In this document: positions 11,526-24,650 of the stretch, in pieces
How positions within the stretch are numbered: the stretch's first letter is position 1
Layout: each line of letters opens with the position of its first letter
NCBI GenBank assembly: GCA_951406725.2
Contig: OX597822.1
Span: 5,146,001-5,210,000, forward strand
DNA from: Octopus vulgaris
Taxonomy: Eukaryota
Direction: 5' to 3'
Length of the DNA: 64,000 nt
Made by a program: the position numbers and the translations under genes
Notes under the pieces: generated by a model
The model's database searches: none
What the model was told of the DNA's origin: nothing
Seen by the model: only the letters and a program-made list of their open reading frames with translations

Positions 11526-11767
11526 TTAAAGCTAACAACTTACAATTTACACTGCTGACAAAATGAGAATCAACAAAATTGGGTTTCAAACTATTGTCAC
11601 TGGTGATATATATATATATGAGCATAAACAAAAAAAAAATAGAAAGAAAAGAAAACCCTGTACTATTGCTAGTCTGTTTGGAAACTTAGATTACAGAGAG
11701 CGACATATTACAAAACTCCCACCAACACACAAATATATACAGAGAAGTGCTCCAATAGAATATTTAC

Positions 11768-12000
11768 TTTGTATCCTTGCATTCTGATAAATGACTTGTA
11801 CTTTCCACTTAAATGAATGTTCTTTTATGATTATCTTCCCAGTATTCACTATTTCAATCATCTTCAAGTCAATCAGCTCAAAAAGCTCACTTCAGTCAGA
11901 GAAATTAAGACATCTACTTGACAGTAATTTAAGCATCGTTAAACATATTGGAAATTCTCAAACAACAATCTAACAGACTTATTGGATATTCCAAGTCTCA
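11768..12000 (-). other. Candidate internal exon (UTR or non-coding)
   Basis: Minus-strand acceptor tttatttcag| at 12001 and donor aaa|gtaaat at 11767 flank non-repetitive sequence; no full-length open frame. Confidence 0.25.
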
Positions 12001-12575
12001 CTGAAATAAACTTTCTTCTCATATCATCAATCAAAAACAATATGTGAATGATAAACTGAAATTTCTATTTCCTTTTCTTTTTCCTTCTCTAATCAGTATT
12101 TAAGGAAGTGAACAATTTAATAATGCTTGTAAATTTCAAAACTTTTAGCTTATTTTTATAATTTCTCATGCTATGAAAACCATATTGACATTTATTAATA
12201 TAAGAAACTAAGGAAAAGGTTACAAGTGAGTCAAATGCTCAGCAATTTACAACGGCATATATGCTGAAGAAAAACAATTTTGAAAGCCAAGGGAATTGAA
12301 GGAATGTGTGACTAAAATAACTTATCTACATTGATTCTGCTTTCCAAGACATTTACAAGTATAATTAGATAAGACTGTGACAAAATCAATAATTGCTAGT
12401 ATCTAATTTTACACTGTATTCAAATACTGAGATGAAAATAATTTGGTCTTTCTTTCCCCCAAAGACCTATGCAATAAGTACCAGTGGTATATACTATTTC
12501 CAAGATAATCAATACCATATACTATTGCAATCACCAAAAAACACAAAATATTTTTTATCTTAATGAAAGCAATTC

Positions 12576-12613
<38 letters not shown>

Positions 12614-12758
12614 AGATGCACATATTGAAAGCTAAAATTTAAAAAAACAACAGGAAATTGAAGTTAGCAAGTTAATGAGATATCTAAACAACTGGGAATA
12701 AAAAGTAAGATTGCTTTATACAGAGACTATCATCATTAATTATCGTTATTTTACCATA

Positions 12759-13143
12759 GTGGAGGCGCAATGGCCCAGTGGTTAGGGCAGCGGACTCGCG
12801 GTCATAGGATCACGGTTTCGATTCCCAGACCGGGCGTTGTGTTTATTGAGCGAAAACACCTAAAAGTTCCACGAGGCTCCGGCAGGGATGGTGGTGATCC
12901 CTGCTGTACTCTTTCACCACAACTTTCTCTCACTCTTACTTCCTGTTTCTGTTGTACCTGTATTTCAAAGAGCCGGCCTTGTCACTCTCTGTGTCACGCT
13001 GAATATCCCCGAGAACTACGTTAAGGGTACACGTGTCTGTGGAGTGCTCAGCCACTTACACGTAAATTTCACGAGCAGGCTGTTCCGTTGATTCGGATCA
13101 ACCGGAACCCTCGTCGTCATAACCGATGGAGTGCTTCCATTCC
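12759..13143 (+). mobile_element. Young full-length tRNA-derived SINE family B
   Basis: gtggaggcgcaatggcccagtggttagg (A box), ggtttcgattccc (B box); CpG-rich; 11-bp TSD attttaccata at 12748-12758 and 13144-13154. Confidence 0.92.
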
Positions 13144-13689
13144 ATTTTACCATAACAGCATGGGTTGGACACTTTTGCACACAATATATCTCTAACAGTC
13201 TTGAACTCATCTATAACTACTTTCCATTAATATTACTGATTTCTTTTGCCAAAGAAGAGGCAAGACGGAGATATTGTTGTTCATTAAATCCACCCAAATA
13301 TATTATTCCTGGTCAATTAAATTTACCCACCATGGCCCATTCTTTTACAAATGTCATTAATTCTATTGATATGAAGTCAAAGAAAGTTAAAAACTTTGCA
13401 CCTGGATTTTCACAGGTGTGAGTCTCAATGTTCTTAAAATCCAAAGTGAGCTTTTAGGTGTCAGTAAGTTTGAATACTGAGAGGAGTGATTAAAAGTCTG
13501 ACGTTTCAGACATAGGTCCTTCAACAGAGTGCCCTACAGACATTTAGTCATGAAGTTCACTTTCTGGCCATGTGGTTCAGTCTTGCTACACCGCACCTTG
13601 GACAAGTATCTTCTACTAAAGCCTTATGATTGGATGTGATAGACAGAAACTGGGAAAAGCACATCACTCATGCATGTGTGTGTGATGAT

Positions 13690-13905
13690 AGAGAAGGCAG
13701 ATTTCATACATAGAAGATGCATAAGACTAAGTTTGACTGAAGGCACTTGCAAATGCTCGAAAAGTTTCATAAAAGTAATCGATAGTCTCTGTTGCCTAGG
13801 TAACCAAATTAAAAGTGAAAGTGGATGCTATAAAAACATAATAATCAGAGTAAGAATGAAGTTGAAAATGTTTAGGGAACCATTATCTCTGCTGACAACA
13901 AATAT
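13690..13905 (+). pseudogene. RTE-clade LINE reverse-transcriptase C-terminal relic
   Basis: KVIDSLCCLGNQIKSESGCYKNIIIRVRMKLKMFREPLSLLTT resembles RTE eVVDsFcYLGd.i...GGc...i.aRir.gW.kFreLlplL. Confidence 0.7.
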
Positions 13906-14276
13906 ATTTGGGTGTTTTTAAGATATATTTCATAAAAGTGGCACAAAAATTTGTGAGATGCAAAGCTGAAAATATACCTGTTTAATAATCAAAGTAAGCA
14001 TAGAGATTAACATTATACTTTGATCATTTAGTTAAAAATATTTTAAGTTTGTGTTTATCTGAAGATTAGATGAAATTAGAAAGTATTGGCATAGTTACAG
14101 ACCTATTGTCCAAACTACTATTTACTCAGATTGAGTAAATGGTAGATTGAATGAAGTTTGCACAAAGAGTGATGCTGCTTGATGGTAATGTGCACTGAAA
14201 TGCAGAGTATGTGTGAAGGATGTGCAAACGAAGGACATCAGATGCAAAAGATGTAATGTGCATCCAACAGTTATAG

Positions 14277-14642
14277 GCACAAGTGTGACTGTGTGGCAAG
14301 ACGTTTGCTTCCCAACCACATGGTTCTGGGTTCAGTCCCACTGCATACCACATTGGGCAAGTGTCTTCTACTATAGCCTTGAGCCAACCAAAGCCTTGTA
14401 AGTGGAGTTGACAGATGGAAACTGAAAGATGTTGTGTATATATATATTTACTGGCACATGTGCTGGTGGCACATAAAAGCACCCATTACACTCTTGCAGT
14501 GGTTGGCATTAGGAAGGGCATCCAGCTGTAGAAGCTATGCCAAATCAGACTGGAGTCTGGTGCAGCCTCTCAGCTTGCCAGCCCTGGTGAAACCATCCAA
14601 CCCATACCAGCATGGACAGCGGACATCAAATGATGATGGTGA

Positions 14643-14645
<3 letters not shown>
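14277..14645 (+). mobile_element. SINE-A 5' half followed by a family-D RTE-type 3' end
   Basis: A-head at 14277-14440; D tail at 14455-14645 ending gatgatggtgatgat. Confidence 0.75.
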
Positions 14646-14694
<49 letters not shown>

Positions 14695-14795
14695 ATAAAA
14701 CGGTAAGATAACAAAAGAAAGAAAGAGACCTCAATATTATGTAAATAGAGGAAATTTATCTATACAATATGTTACATTACTCGGTAGTCAAGATA

Positions 14796-14831
<36 letters not shown>

Positions 14832-15404
14832 GTTTATATTTAATACATGTGTGTATGTCTTCGTATTTTTGTAGCTGAAACTTAGCAAACAAGACCAACA
14901 GGATAAATATGAGGCTTAAGGGAAAAAATATTCTGTGGTCAATTCATTTGATGAAAATTTCTTCAGGGTGGTGCCCCAGCATGGTCACAGTCTAATGACT
15001 GAAACAAGCAAAAAATACGAAATAAAAGAAGGAAAAAAAAAAAAACTATGCAAATATGCTCAACCAAATGTGTAATGTTAATGTATATGAATAACAGAAC
15101 GAAAAAATGAGGTGAAAGAAGAACTGGATATATGAGGAATGAGTTGAGGGGGGGGCAACCTTGGTGTGGACAAATGGTGCATATGGAAGTAGAAGCAATC
15201 AAAGGGGGAGGAGCCTGGAGGAGACGGGAAGACAGAGAGAAATATGGGAAGAAGAGGTAAAGATAGTACAAGCAGTGGGATGGAAAGCAGGAAACATAAC
15301 TGCCTAAGTCATGTAAATAAGGATAAAGGGATCTACTACTACTACTACTACAATGATGATGATGATGAAGATGATGATGATGATGATAACATTGACAGTG
15401 ATTT

Positions 15405-15609
15405 TCTCCTTTTTTACCTGTTTCAGTCATTTGACTGCGGCCATGCTGGAGCACCGCCTTTAGTCGAGCAAATTGACCCTGGGACTTATTTTTTGTAAGC
15501 CCAGTACTTATTCTATCGGTCTCTTTTGTCGAACCGCTAAGTGACGGGGACGTAAACATACCAGCATCGGCTGTCAAGCAATGCTAGGGGGACAACCACA
15601 GACACACAA

Positions 15610-15653
<44 letters not shown>

Positions 15654-15809
15654 GACAGGCTTCTTTTCAGTTTTCATCTACCAAAACCACTCACAAGGCA
15701 TTGGTCGGCCCGGGGCTATAGCAGAAGACACTTGCCCAAGATGCCACGCAGTGGGACTGAACCTGGAACCATGTGGTTGGTTAGCAAGCTACTTACCACA
15801 CAGCCACTC
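15405..15809 (-). mobile_element. SINE family A, near full-length
   Basis: Reverse complement of 2211-2592. Confidence 0.9.
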
Positions 15810-16130
15810 GTGTTAATAACTGTGCCAACACCAAAACAAAAAAACATTTGAAGTATCCAAGTGCTTGTATACTTAATTTCAAAACTGGTTTCAAAGGTTA
15901 CTTAGTTTGACTAATTTCAGGTGTCACTGTTATATGCATTTCTTTGTTACCTTCTTTGATGTGTACTTGACACTGTTGAGTGTCTTTATCTTAAAAATAA
16001 AGCCACACCCACTCCCAGTTGATAGGTGAAGTGAGAAGAGAAGTACTGAAACGTAAAGTGTCAGTTGCAACTCATATACAGTATTCAAAGTAGAGTGTTT
16101 ATCTGAAGGCTATATAGCATTAGCATTTTA

Positions 16131-16215
16131 GCCATTTTGAAATGTGGCGCGAATTGGCAATATGACGTAGTGTCTTTGCCAAAGAATTATCATTTTCGCT
16201 CTTTTCCCATTGGTT
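16131..16215 (-). promoter_or_regulatory. Candidate Pol II promoter (CCAAT, CRE-like, CCAAT, YY1)
   Basis: Minus-strand order: CCAAT 16209-13, TACGTCA 16163-69, CCAAT 16153-57, CAAAATGGC 16131-39; local CpG retention in unique DNA; donor aag|gtaaca at 15950. Confidence 0.4.
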
Positions 16216-16859
16216 GGTGTAACGGCTCGAATAAGGATTCTTCTTGGTCAGGTTGAGCAGTTATAAACATCCTGGAATTGGGGAGAGACTTTAGTGTTCG
16301 TTGGTAGCTATTCAAATCCACGTCACTCACTCTTTTGGAGACAACAGTAAATTTTTTTGCCAGGTCTACGTTAATCACAAATCTATTTTGATTTGTGGGT
16401 TAACGTATTAGATAGAAAAAGAAATTAGCTAAGGAATTTAAAGTTGTTTTTCTTCACGACTAAGATATCTTTCTTCTTGTAAATAAATATAAAATGTTAT
16501 ATTTATATAAATAATACAACTTAAGAGAAAGCTTAAGGTAGAGAATAAACAACAACCACTGCATAGGAACAGCTACAACAAAGTGATATGGACAATAAAT
16601 TTTGAAAAATTGAAAGCAACGATGATGTTAGTGTTATCTATTATTTTATTTATCTGTTGTAATATTCCAGGAGTAAAATCCCTTTGTCAGAAGACTATAG
16701 TAAGGAGCTGTGCGTCTCTAATAGGGTCACCATCCTGCTTTTCTTGTGTGTAAGTTGTGTTCTATATATGATTGCTGGAAATAGTACGAGGATGACATTG
16801 TATGTGGATTGTTATATGTGAATTATTGTGTGTGCATGCATACTTCTGCCCTATATTAC

Positions 16860-17203
16860 TCTGTTACTTGTTTCAGTCATTTGACTGTGGCCATACTGCA
16901 GCACTGCCTTTATTTGAGCAAATCGACCTCAGGACTTATTCTTTGTAAACCTAGTATTTATTCTATCGGTCTCTTTTTGCCCAAACGCTAAGTTACGGGG
17001 ACGTAAACACACCAGCATCGGTTGTCAAGCGATGGTGAGAGGGGGAACAAACACAGACACACAAACATATACACACACATACACATATATATGCTTATAT
17101 ATACATATATATGACAGGCTTCTTTCAGTTTCCATCCACCAAATCCACTCACAAGGCTTTGGTCGGCCCAAGGCAATAGTAGAAGACACTTGCCCAAGGT
17201 GCC
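16860..17203 (-). mobile_element. SINE family A, 5'-truncated
   Basis: Matches family A from its tail to cttgcccaaggtgcca. Confidence 0.85.
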
Positions 17204-18099
17204 AAGCTTTTGTATATGTTTCTATATTAAAATTATTTAAATATATTTCATTTAAGCCATTGATAAAGTCTTCACAACTGATTGATTAAGAAATAAAACC
17301 AGCCGACAGTAAAATCACAAGTTACCAATAATTTATATACAAATGCTTAAATTTGTATCTGCAACTAAACCTCTGGAAACTATTTTATATATCACGCATA
17401 AACAATATTTAACAGAATCATTCTGTTTCTTTTCTGATTTAATATTATGGTACTGAAAAATAATTACATTTTTCATTTAATATATTTAATGTACCCGAAT
17501 ATTTGAACCAAATAACCGCCAACTGGGGGGGGGGGTACAATATGCAGAATATCCTATTATCAAATCTTTAATTTATATAAAGTGTCATGATGCAACATTT
17601 AAATCACTAAAATAAAACAAGGATGATATATTCAAATTTATTATTGTTTCATTTTGCTTTTATTTTATGCTTATCTTTATTTGCATAAACTGAAGATGCA
17701 ACAGTTTTATAAAACAATGTAATTTCTTAATTATGAAAACTATGAAATATCCATCTTTATAGATTTATGATGAGTGGAAAAGTGAAATATGAGATTAATT
17801 ATTATTTTATAAAAATATTTTTTTCCAACAACTAAGTGCAAGGACAAATTGTGTACGTGGCATAGATCCAAATATAATGCAACAGCTATGAAGGAATTTT
17901 CTGCAAAGTGTAACACAATACAATTTAACTCCCATCAGTAATACCCAACAATAGAGTAGTCTTATGGCCTGTAAATCTAGAAGTTTCCTTCCGTTTGTTC
18001 TATAGACAGGCCCATCATCCATCTCCTGCTTACCAGGCATGTTGCAACATCACCATATTACTCACTTTTCCTAACCTAGTGGACTGGAGCAACATGAAA

Positions 18100-18708
18100 A
18101 TAATAATGAAATTACTGTGTTTAGTGCTCAGGTGCACTGCAACTTATCAAAGGTGCATGTATAGTACATAGAATACATAGAATTATGTACAAATGTCAGG
18201 AAAGTGAACAGTGTACGAGTCATGATATACATGTGTGCATGCATATGGAGGAGGAGATATCAGGCGTAGAGTTGGAAATTTCAAGAAGCCTGGAGGTTTT
18301 AACCCTTTAGTATTTAAACCGGCCATATCCGGCCAAATTATTTAATCTATTTATGTTCAAACTGACCAGATCCAGGCCTTTTCACCTACCCTACAATGTT
18401 ATTCTACATTAAGTAATTACACCATCAAGATCTTGAAGATATGAGATAATGCATGATTAATTCAAATCAATGGGAATCAATAAGCATTATGTTTGATAGA
18501 ATAATCTGAACACTAAAGGGTTAAAGGTTGCAATGTCTTGGTAGTTAACAACTGATGCAGGTAGTTTGTTCCATTCTTCAGCAACTCAGAGTGTGAAAAA
18601 ATGTTTCTGAAAGTCATGGGAGCTGTGCTGTTTCCTGACTTTGCAGGTATGCCCACGTGTGTTAGACACATGGAATTCAGAAAGATGCTCAAGGTTGTTG
18701 TAGGCACA
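18100..18708 (-). pseudogene. CR1-type LINE 3' end, interrupted by MITE E
   Basis: Minus frame NTRGHTCKVRKQHSSHDFQKHFFTLRVAEEWNKLPASVV...ATFK matches the CR1 TRGH..K.......rk.FFs.Rv...WN.LP motif; (att)n tail. Confidence 0.85.
18303..18520. mobile_element. piggyBac-type MITE (family E)
   Basis: TTAA 18299-302 | ccctttag ... ctaaaggg | TTAA 18521-24; removal restores the CR1 frame. Confidence 0.92.
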
Positions 18709-18857
18709 ATGGTTAATAATTTTGAAGTATTTTGTTCAAGAATGCAAGGCATTGCCTGGTCCAAGAATCATAACCACAACCATATGATCATGAGTTCAAT
18801 ACCTGAGCCATTAAACTGCGCACCTCTACAACTCAAATCAGAAAAGGACTAAATTAA

Positions 18858-19061
18858 CCCTTTAGCAAATGTGATGTGTGTCTATTCACATTGTTTTGAA
18901 ATTGTAATACATTATCTTGTAGCCTTGATATACTGATGATGTGATTGTTTATTTTCAGAATGGCATTGTTGGGTATACATGAGAGGCTAAATCTGGCCGG
19001 TTTGAACATGAAACAATGTAAAATATTTTGGTTGGATATGGTTGGTTTAAATGCTAAAGGG
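18858..19061. mobile_element. piggyBac-type MITE (family E), opposite orientation
   Basis: TTAA|ccctttagca ... tgctaaaggg|TTAA. Confidence 0.9.
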
Positions 19062-20124
19062 TTAAATACAAAAATATACATTCATGCTAGTGTTGTTTTA
19101 TTGTCATAAAAATGCCAAATATAATAACAAAATGAGGTATGTTTAATGCCAAGCTGATCTTTTGTGATTAACAAGAAAAAATTATGTAAACCCTTATTTC
19201 TTAAAAGAAATAAGAATGAGTGGAGAAAGTTGAAAAGTAACAAGAGATGTGTGTAGAATGAATGGTTGATATCAAGAGTTATTAGCTTGCATGGCAGTCT
19301 GAACCTAAGAATAAGTGATGGTTTGATCTGTAAGAATGTAGGTGTGTATGTGTTTGTGTGTATGTGTGTGTGAGAGGGAGAGAGGATGAAGGAAAGAGGT
19401 CAGCAGTGAAGCAGTAGTAGAACAGAGGCATAATGGATGAAAGAAAATTGATCAGAAATTTGACACTTGCTACTTCGTTTGATGTAGCAAAATTTAAAAT
19501 GCATTTGTAAGGTGCTTGATTGAGTTAGCCCATATTCAATTGGTAAGGAAGCAACCAAATCATATCTAAATTATCAAATTTCATGTAGTTATAATGATCT
19601 TTGTGAGTCCAAAGATCTAATCAAATCAAAATTACTCACTGGTTTTGACATCTGAATCAACCATATAAAGATAGCAGCCAAAGTTTGATAATGGTTCTAC
19701 CATTTATACGATGTCCAAGGATATCGTTTTACAAGAGAGAAACTAAGTTGCAACAGAAAGGACAGACTTATCAGTTTACAAAAAATATTACAATAAGTTG
19801 TAATGTGCTCTGTTAAGGCATGAGCAGACAAATCTTAGGGCCCAATGCTAATCATTTTAGCTGTTGTTGCATATGTAGAGGACCCCAATGTATTTTTTAT
19901 GAGAGGCCTATAATACGGTGAAGATGACTCTGCTCGTGGTCTGAAAATTTATTTTTTATGGAACACACAAGACCACACTGCTTTAGTGAGGTGAGAATAT
20001 AGACACAATTACACCCACCCAATTACTTCAGGTACTTTATTCTAGTGCTCTCAGAAAGACGAAAAACATAAGCTGACTGCAGCAGGAATTGAATATAGAA
20101 TATAAAAGATCATAACTAAATACC

Positions 20125-20357
20125 TATTTCTTTATTACCCACAAGGGGCTAAACATAGAAGGGACAAACAAGGACAGACATAGGTATTAAGTCGATTACA
20201 TCGACCCCAGTGCATAAGTGGTACTTAATTTATCGACCCCGAAAGGATGAAAGGTAAAGTCGACATCGGCGGAATTTGAACTCACAACGTAAAGGCAGAC
20301 GAAAAAACGCTAAGCATTTCGCCCAACGTGCTAACGTTTCTACCAGCTCTCCGCCTT
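20125..20357 (-). mobile_element. Young Meta-domain SINE (family C) inserted in an older family-C copy
   Basis: CpG-rich; TSD actaaatacc at 20115-20124 and 20358-20367; degenerate host copy at ~20010-20405. Confidence 0.9.
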
Positions 20358-20840
20358 ACTAAATACCACTAGGCATTGTAATTGACATTCATTTTGCTAA
20401 TCCATTTTAATTACTCTATTACTTTACCCAGTATCACATACAGTACACAATGCATCTGTAAGTAGGAACACTAGTACACACACTCACATACACAAATGTG
20501 TGGTATGTAGGCAGCATAACTGAAGACAGTTACATCTCAACAGTCATCAGTAACTCTTTCATAAATTCTTTGTAACACTCCAGTTAAGTAAACTGATTAA
20601 CCTCTTAACATACACATATGTTTTTCAATTTCCATGCAAAAAATATATATCTTTTATCATTTATTTCAAATCTGTATATAAGGAAGAGTAAGTACACAGA
20701 TTACTTTGGATCAGTTATGATTTATTATCAAGTTACTGATAGAAATGATAATTACTGATAGTTAATGATAGAAAATGGGAATAACATCATGAATGAAGTA
20801 TTTCGGATTAGAAATAAGTAACCTCAGAGTACAGTGAATA

Positions 20841-21059
20841 CTCTCTCTCTTTTACTCTTTTACTTGTTTCAGTCATTTGATTGCGGCCACGCTGGAGCAC
20901 CGCATTTAGTTGAGAAAATCGACCTCAGGACTTATTCTTTGTAAGCCTAGTACTTATTCTATCAGTCTGTTTTGCTGAAGCGCTAAGTTACAGGGACGTA
21001 AACACACCAGCATCGGTTGTCAAGTGATGTTGGGGAGACAAACAGACATGCAAACATAT

Positions 21060-21090
<31 letters not shown>

Positions 21091-21256
21091 CATATATATG
21101 ACGGGCTTCTTTCAGTTTCCATCTACCAAATCCACTCACAAGGCTTTAGCCGGCCCGCGGTTATAGTAGAAGACACTTGCCCAAGGTGTCACGTAGTGGG
21201 AATGAACCCAGAACCATGTGGTTGATAAGCAAGCTACTTACCACACAACAACTCCT
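20841..21256 (-). mobile_element. SINE family A, full-length
   Basis: Reverse complement of 2211-2592 with internal (CA)n(TA)n. Confidence 0.9.
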
Positions 21257-22129
21257 AATCCTATGTATATTTTTGTTCAAATATATATTTACTAGACATC
21301 ACTGAATAAAAATATACAGGATAATATGTTAAGAGATTAAGAATGTAATATAGATTACAAAACAACTCAACAGAATGGCCTTGAAAAGAAAAATGTTGGA
21401 ATTGAGTAAGTTGCACCAAATACTTCAATCTCTATATTTCCTAACAATTATACATTTCACATTGTGACCACATCCTCACTTTCACAACAAAAGATTTTTC
21501 TATTGTGTGATGACAAATTCTCAGCTTCTCTAATATTAATTTTTAAGTGATAAACTTCTATAAATTGAAATTAAAAGTAATTTTTACTCCTGGTTATAGA
21601 AATCTTAATTCTCTTGAGAAAGGCATGAGTGACACCTCATTCTATTTCACTTTATATATAGAAGAAACATGAAATTATATAACTGGTGTATTTATGATGA
21701 TCTTATAAAAATACAATAAAATGAATGAATACTGTAGACTTTACAATTTCATTTGACACCTGATTTGTCAGTTTCAATTTGACCACTCTCATCATCATTA
21801 TCATCATTCAATGTTCATTTTCCATGCAGACATGGGTTGGATGATTCTGTAGGAACTGGCGCCAATCCCTGCTGTCTGTTTTGGCATGGTTTTCACTGCT
21901 GAAGGCCCTTCCTAATGACAAATCTAGTATTTAATATTTTGAGGTTCATTAATTAAGAACTCATATTGATTAAATTAACCAAAATACTTTGTCTAATGCA
22001 GAGTTAAAAATAATGTTATATCATTGTAAAGAATGATGTTGAGAAGAAAAAAATACAGACTATATCAGCTTGATGCCGAGTTAAAATTATATTGGGTGTG
22101 ACTTTATTCATTCATTTATTTCCATTGAT

Positions 22130-22452
22130 CTTTTATCTTGCATTTGTTTTGGTCATTAAAGTGTGGCACCACCTTGAAGAACTTTAGTCGGACAAATCAT
22201 CCCCCATGCTTTTTCTGTTATGTCCAATACTTGTTCTATCAGTCTCCTTTGCTGTACTGTTAAGATATGGAGGATATAAACACACCAGGAATGGTTGACA
22301 AGCTTCTTTTAGTCTCCATCAACCAAATCTGCTCATAAGGCTTTTGTTGGCCCGAGGCTGTAGTAGAAGATACTTGCCTAAGGTGCCATGCAGTGGGACT
22401 GAACCTGGAACCATGTGGTTGGGAAGGAGCCTTCTTACCACACAGCTATGGC
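22130..22452 (-). mobile_element. SINE family A, older copy
   Basis: gcagtgggactgaacctggaaccatgtggttggg head plus degenerate tail. Confidence 0.75.
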
Positions 22453-23763
22453 TTTGCAATTCTTGATAAAATAAATACCAGTAATAAACTAGGGACCACT
22501 TCAAATAAATAAAACTAGTCCTTGGTGCTGTGCACAGTAAAAGAAAACCAGTATTGCTAAAAAAACATGTCCATTTGTAAACTTATTTCTATGGAGAATA
22601 AAGAAATTTAAAAAGAAAAAATATCAAACACTAATTGATATTATTGATGCTGATGTTCTGCTCAGACAAAAAGCTAAGCCTACAAAAATACTTTATGGCG
22701 CCAGTCAACTGCACAATCAAGTAATTTCCAAATATAGATATGTATCATTTAGTATTGCTACTGATATTGTAAAAATGTTGGAAATTAACAGATAAATCAA
22801 ATGAGTTTCTAAAGAAAGCTTATTATACGAAACTGTGCAAATTGCAATAAGAAAATGTCAACAGAAAGCAACAAGTTTATTTAATTTATGACAACAATCT
22901 CATTGTTATGTCCCTATAGGGTTTACTTGCAAAAAGACTTATAATAAAAAATAGAGAGAAGAAAATAAATCTTCTCAATAATGACTAGCATCTGTATGAA
23001 TCTAGGAAGTGAATTTTGTTTTAACATATATTTGTCTTTGTGTGTGAATGTGCACACATATGTATGCATAGGTGTGTGTGTGTGTGTGTGTGTGTGTAAT
23101 AGAGTAGGCAAGGAGTTTCATGATAGCAATGATGGTGAGTATAAAATTAATATCACAGTTGAAAAAGTTTAAAAAAAAAGGCAAATTTTCTCTTTTATTA
23201 TAAACTTTATTATAATTATTATTCATTGTTATTATCTTTATTAATACTACTATTTAAAATCTGTCCATCAGTCAAGATACTTTATGTGACAGCTTTATGA
23301 ATGAAAATGATAAATAAATTTCATTGAAGGAGGGAACAATTCTGTTCTTTTAAACGCAAGGGGCTATTATTTGATTTTTAACTTTCTACTCTTTCTTTTC
23401 CTTCTTTTATTTTATTATTCTCTTTGGTTTGCGCTTACATTTTTTATTTCCACAATAAACACTTTTTTTTTGAAAAAAATAAAAAATATCTATTTAAGCA
23501 TTGTTGATTTGTTTTTGCCAATAAAGATACCACACTTTGAACTTGGCATATATTTGTAGACTGAGAAATTGTACAAGTGATTTCAAGGAAGAATTTTATA
23601 ACAAACAATATTGAAAACCTGTCACTAAAACACAATGAAAAGTTGTTTAATTACATTTCTCTTGGAGATTCAAGAAAAACAATTGGGCAAAATATAATTG
23701 CAATATTTATATAAAAAACACAAATTACTTATTCAATATATATATATAAAATACACAAACACT

Positions 23764-23813
<50 letters not shown>

Positions 23814-24317
23814 CATACACACACACATATACACAGATATACATACTCACATATACATATATATATATAAGCAGACACAGACAGATGGATAAATACAGAT
23901 AGATATCCTAAGGTACAAGTATACATACACACATGTACTCACAAAAATATAATAAAAACTACATTTAAAAAATACTAGCGAGCAATTTTGAGTTTCTTTT
24001 AATCAACAAGTTCGCACAAAGCATTGATAATGTTCACTTACGAGATGTCTCAAATAAGCAAGCTTTACGTAAAAATTACCATGTCAAACATAAAATATCA
24101 ATTTTTGAATTCACTGAAATGAATACAAAAATGCCTGCTAATGAAATCTACATATGAAATTGTTTGAAATAAAGCAAGCTATTGCAATTGTTTCTTATAC
24201 ATGGAATAATATAATTATCACATAGTTACAGACTTCTACTGCTCCAATGTAGCTTGTTAATGTTGTGAACATGTTTTACTGAAGTTTCTTATTTGATTAG
24301 ACAATATTATCAACATT

Positions 24318-24650
<333 letters not shown>

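Larger units (their letters stand above)
17960..18829 (-). mobile_element. CORE-SINE split by a CR1 insertion
   Basis: gtggactggagcaacatgaaa (to 18099) resumes as tgaagtattttgttcaagaa (18723); tRNA head ends ~18829. Confidence 0.65.

Noticed and set aside
12759-12832. tRNA gene
   Set aside because: A and B boxes are present, but the sequence continues into a multi-copy SINE body with TSDs; the same applies to the other tRNA-like heads
16190-16383. 62-aa minus-strand ORF as a terminal coding exon
   Set aside because: No recognisable protein, weak pyrimidine tract next to the AG, and the region is better explained as promoter-like; not fully excluded
18513-18852. Listed 83-aa ORFs
   Set aside because: Alternative frames over the CR1 relic and SINE head
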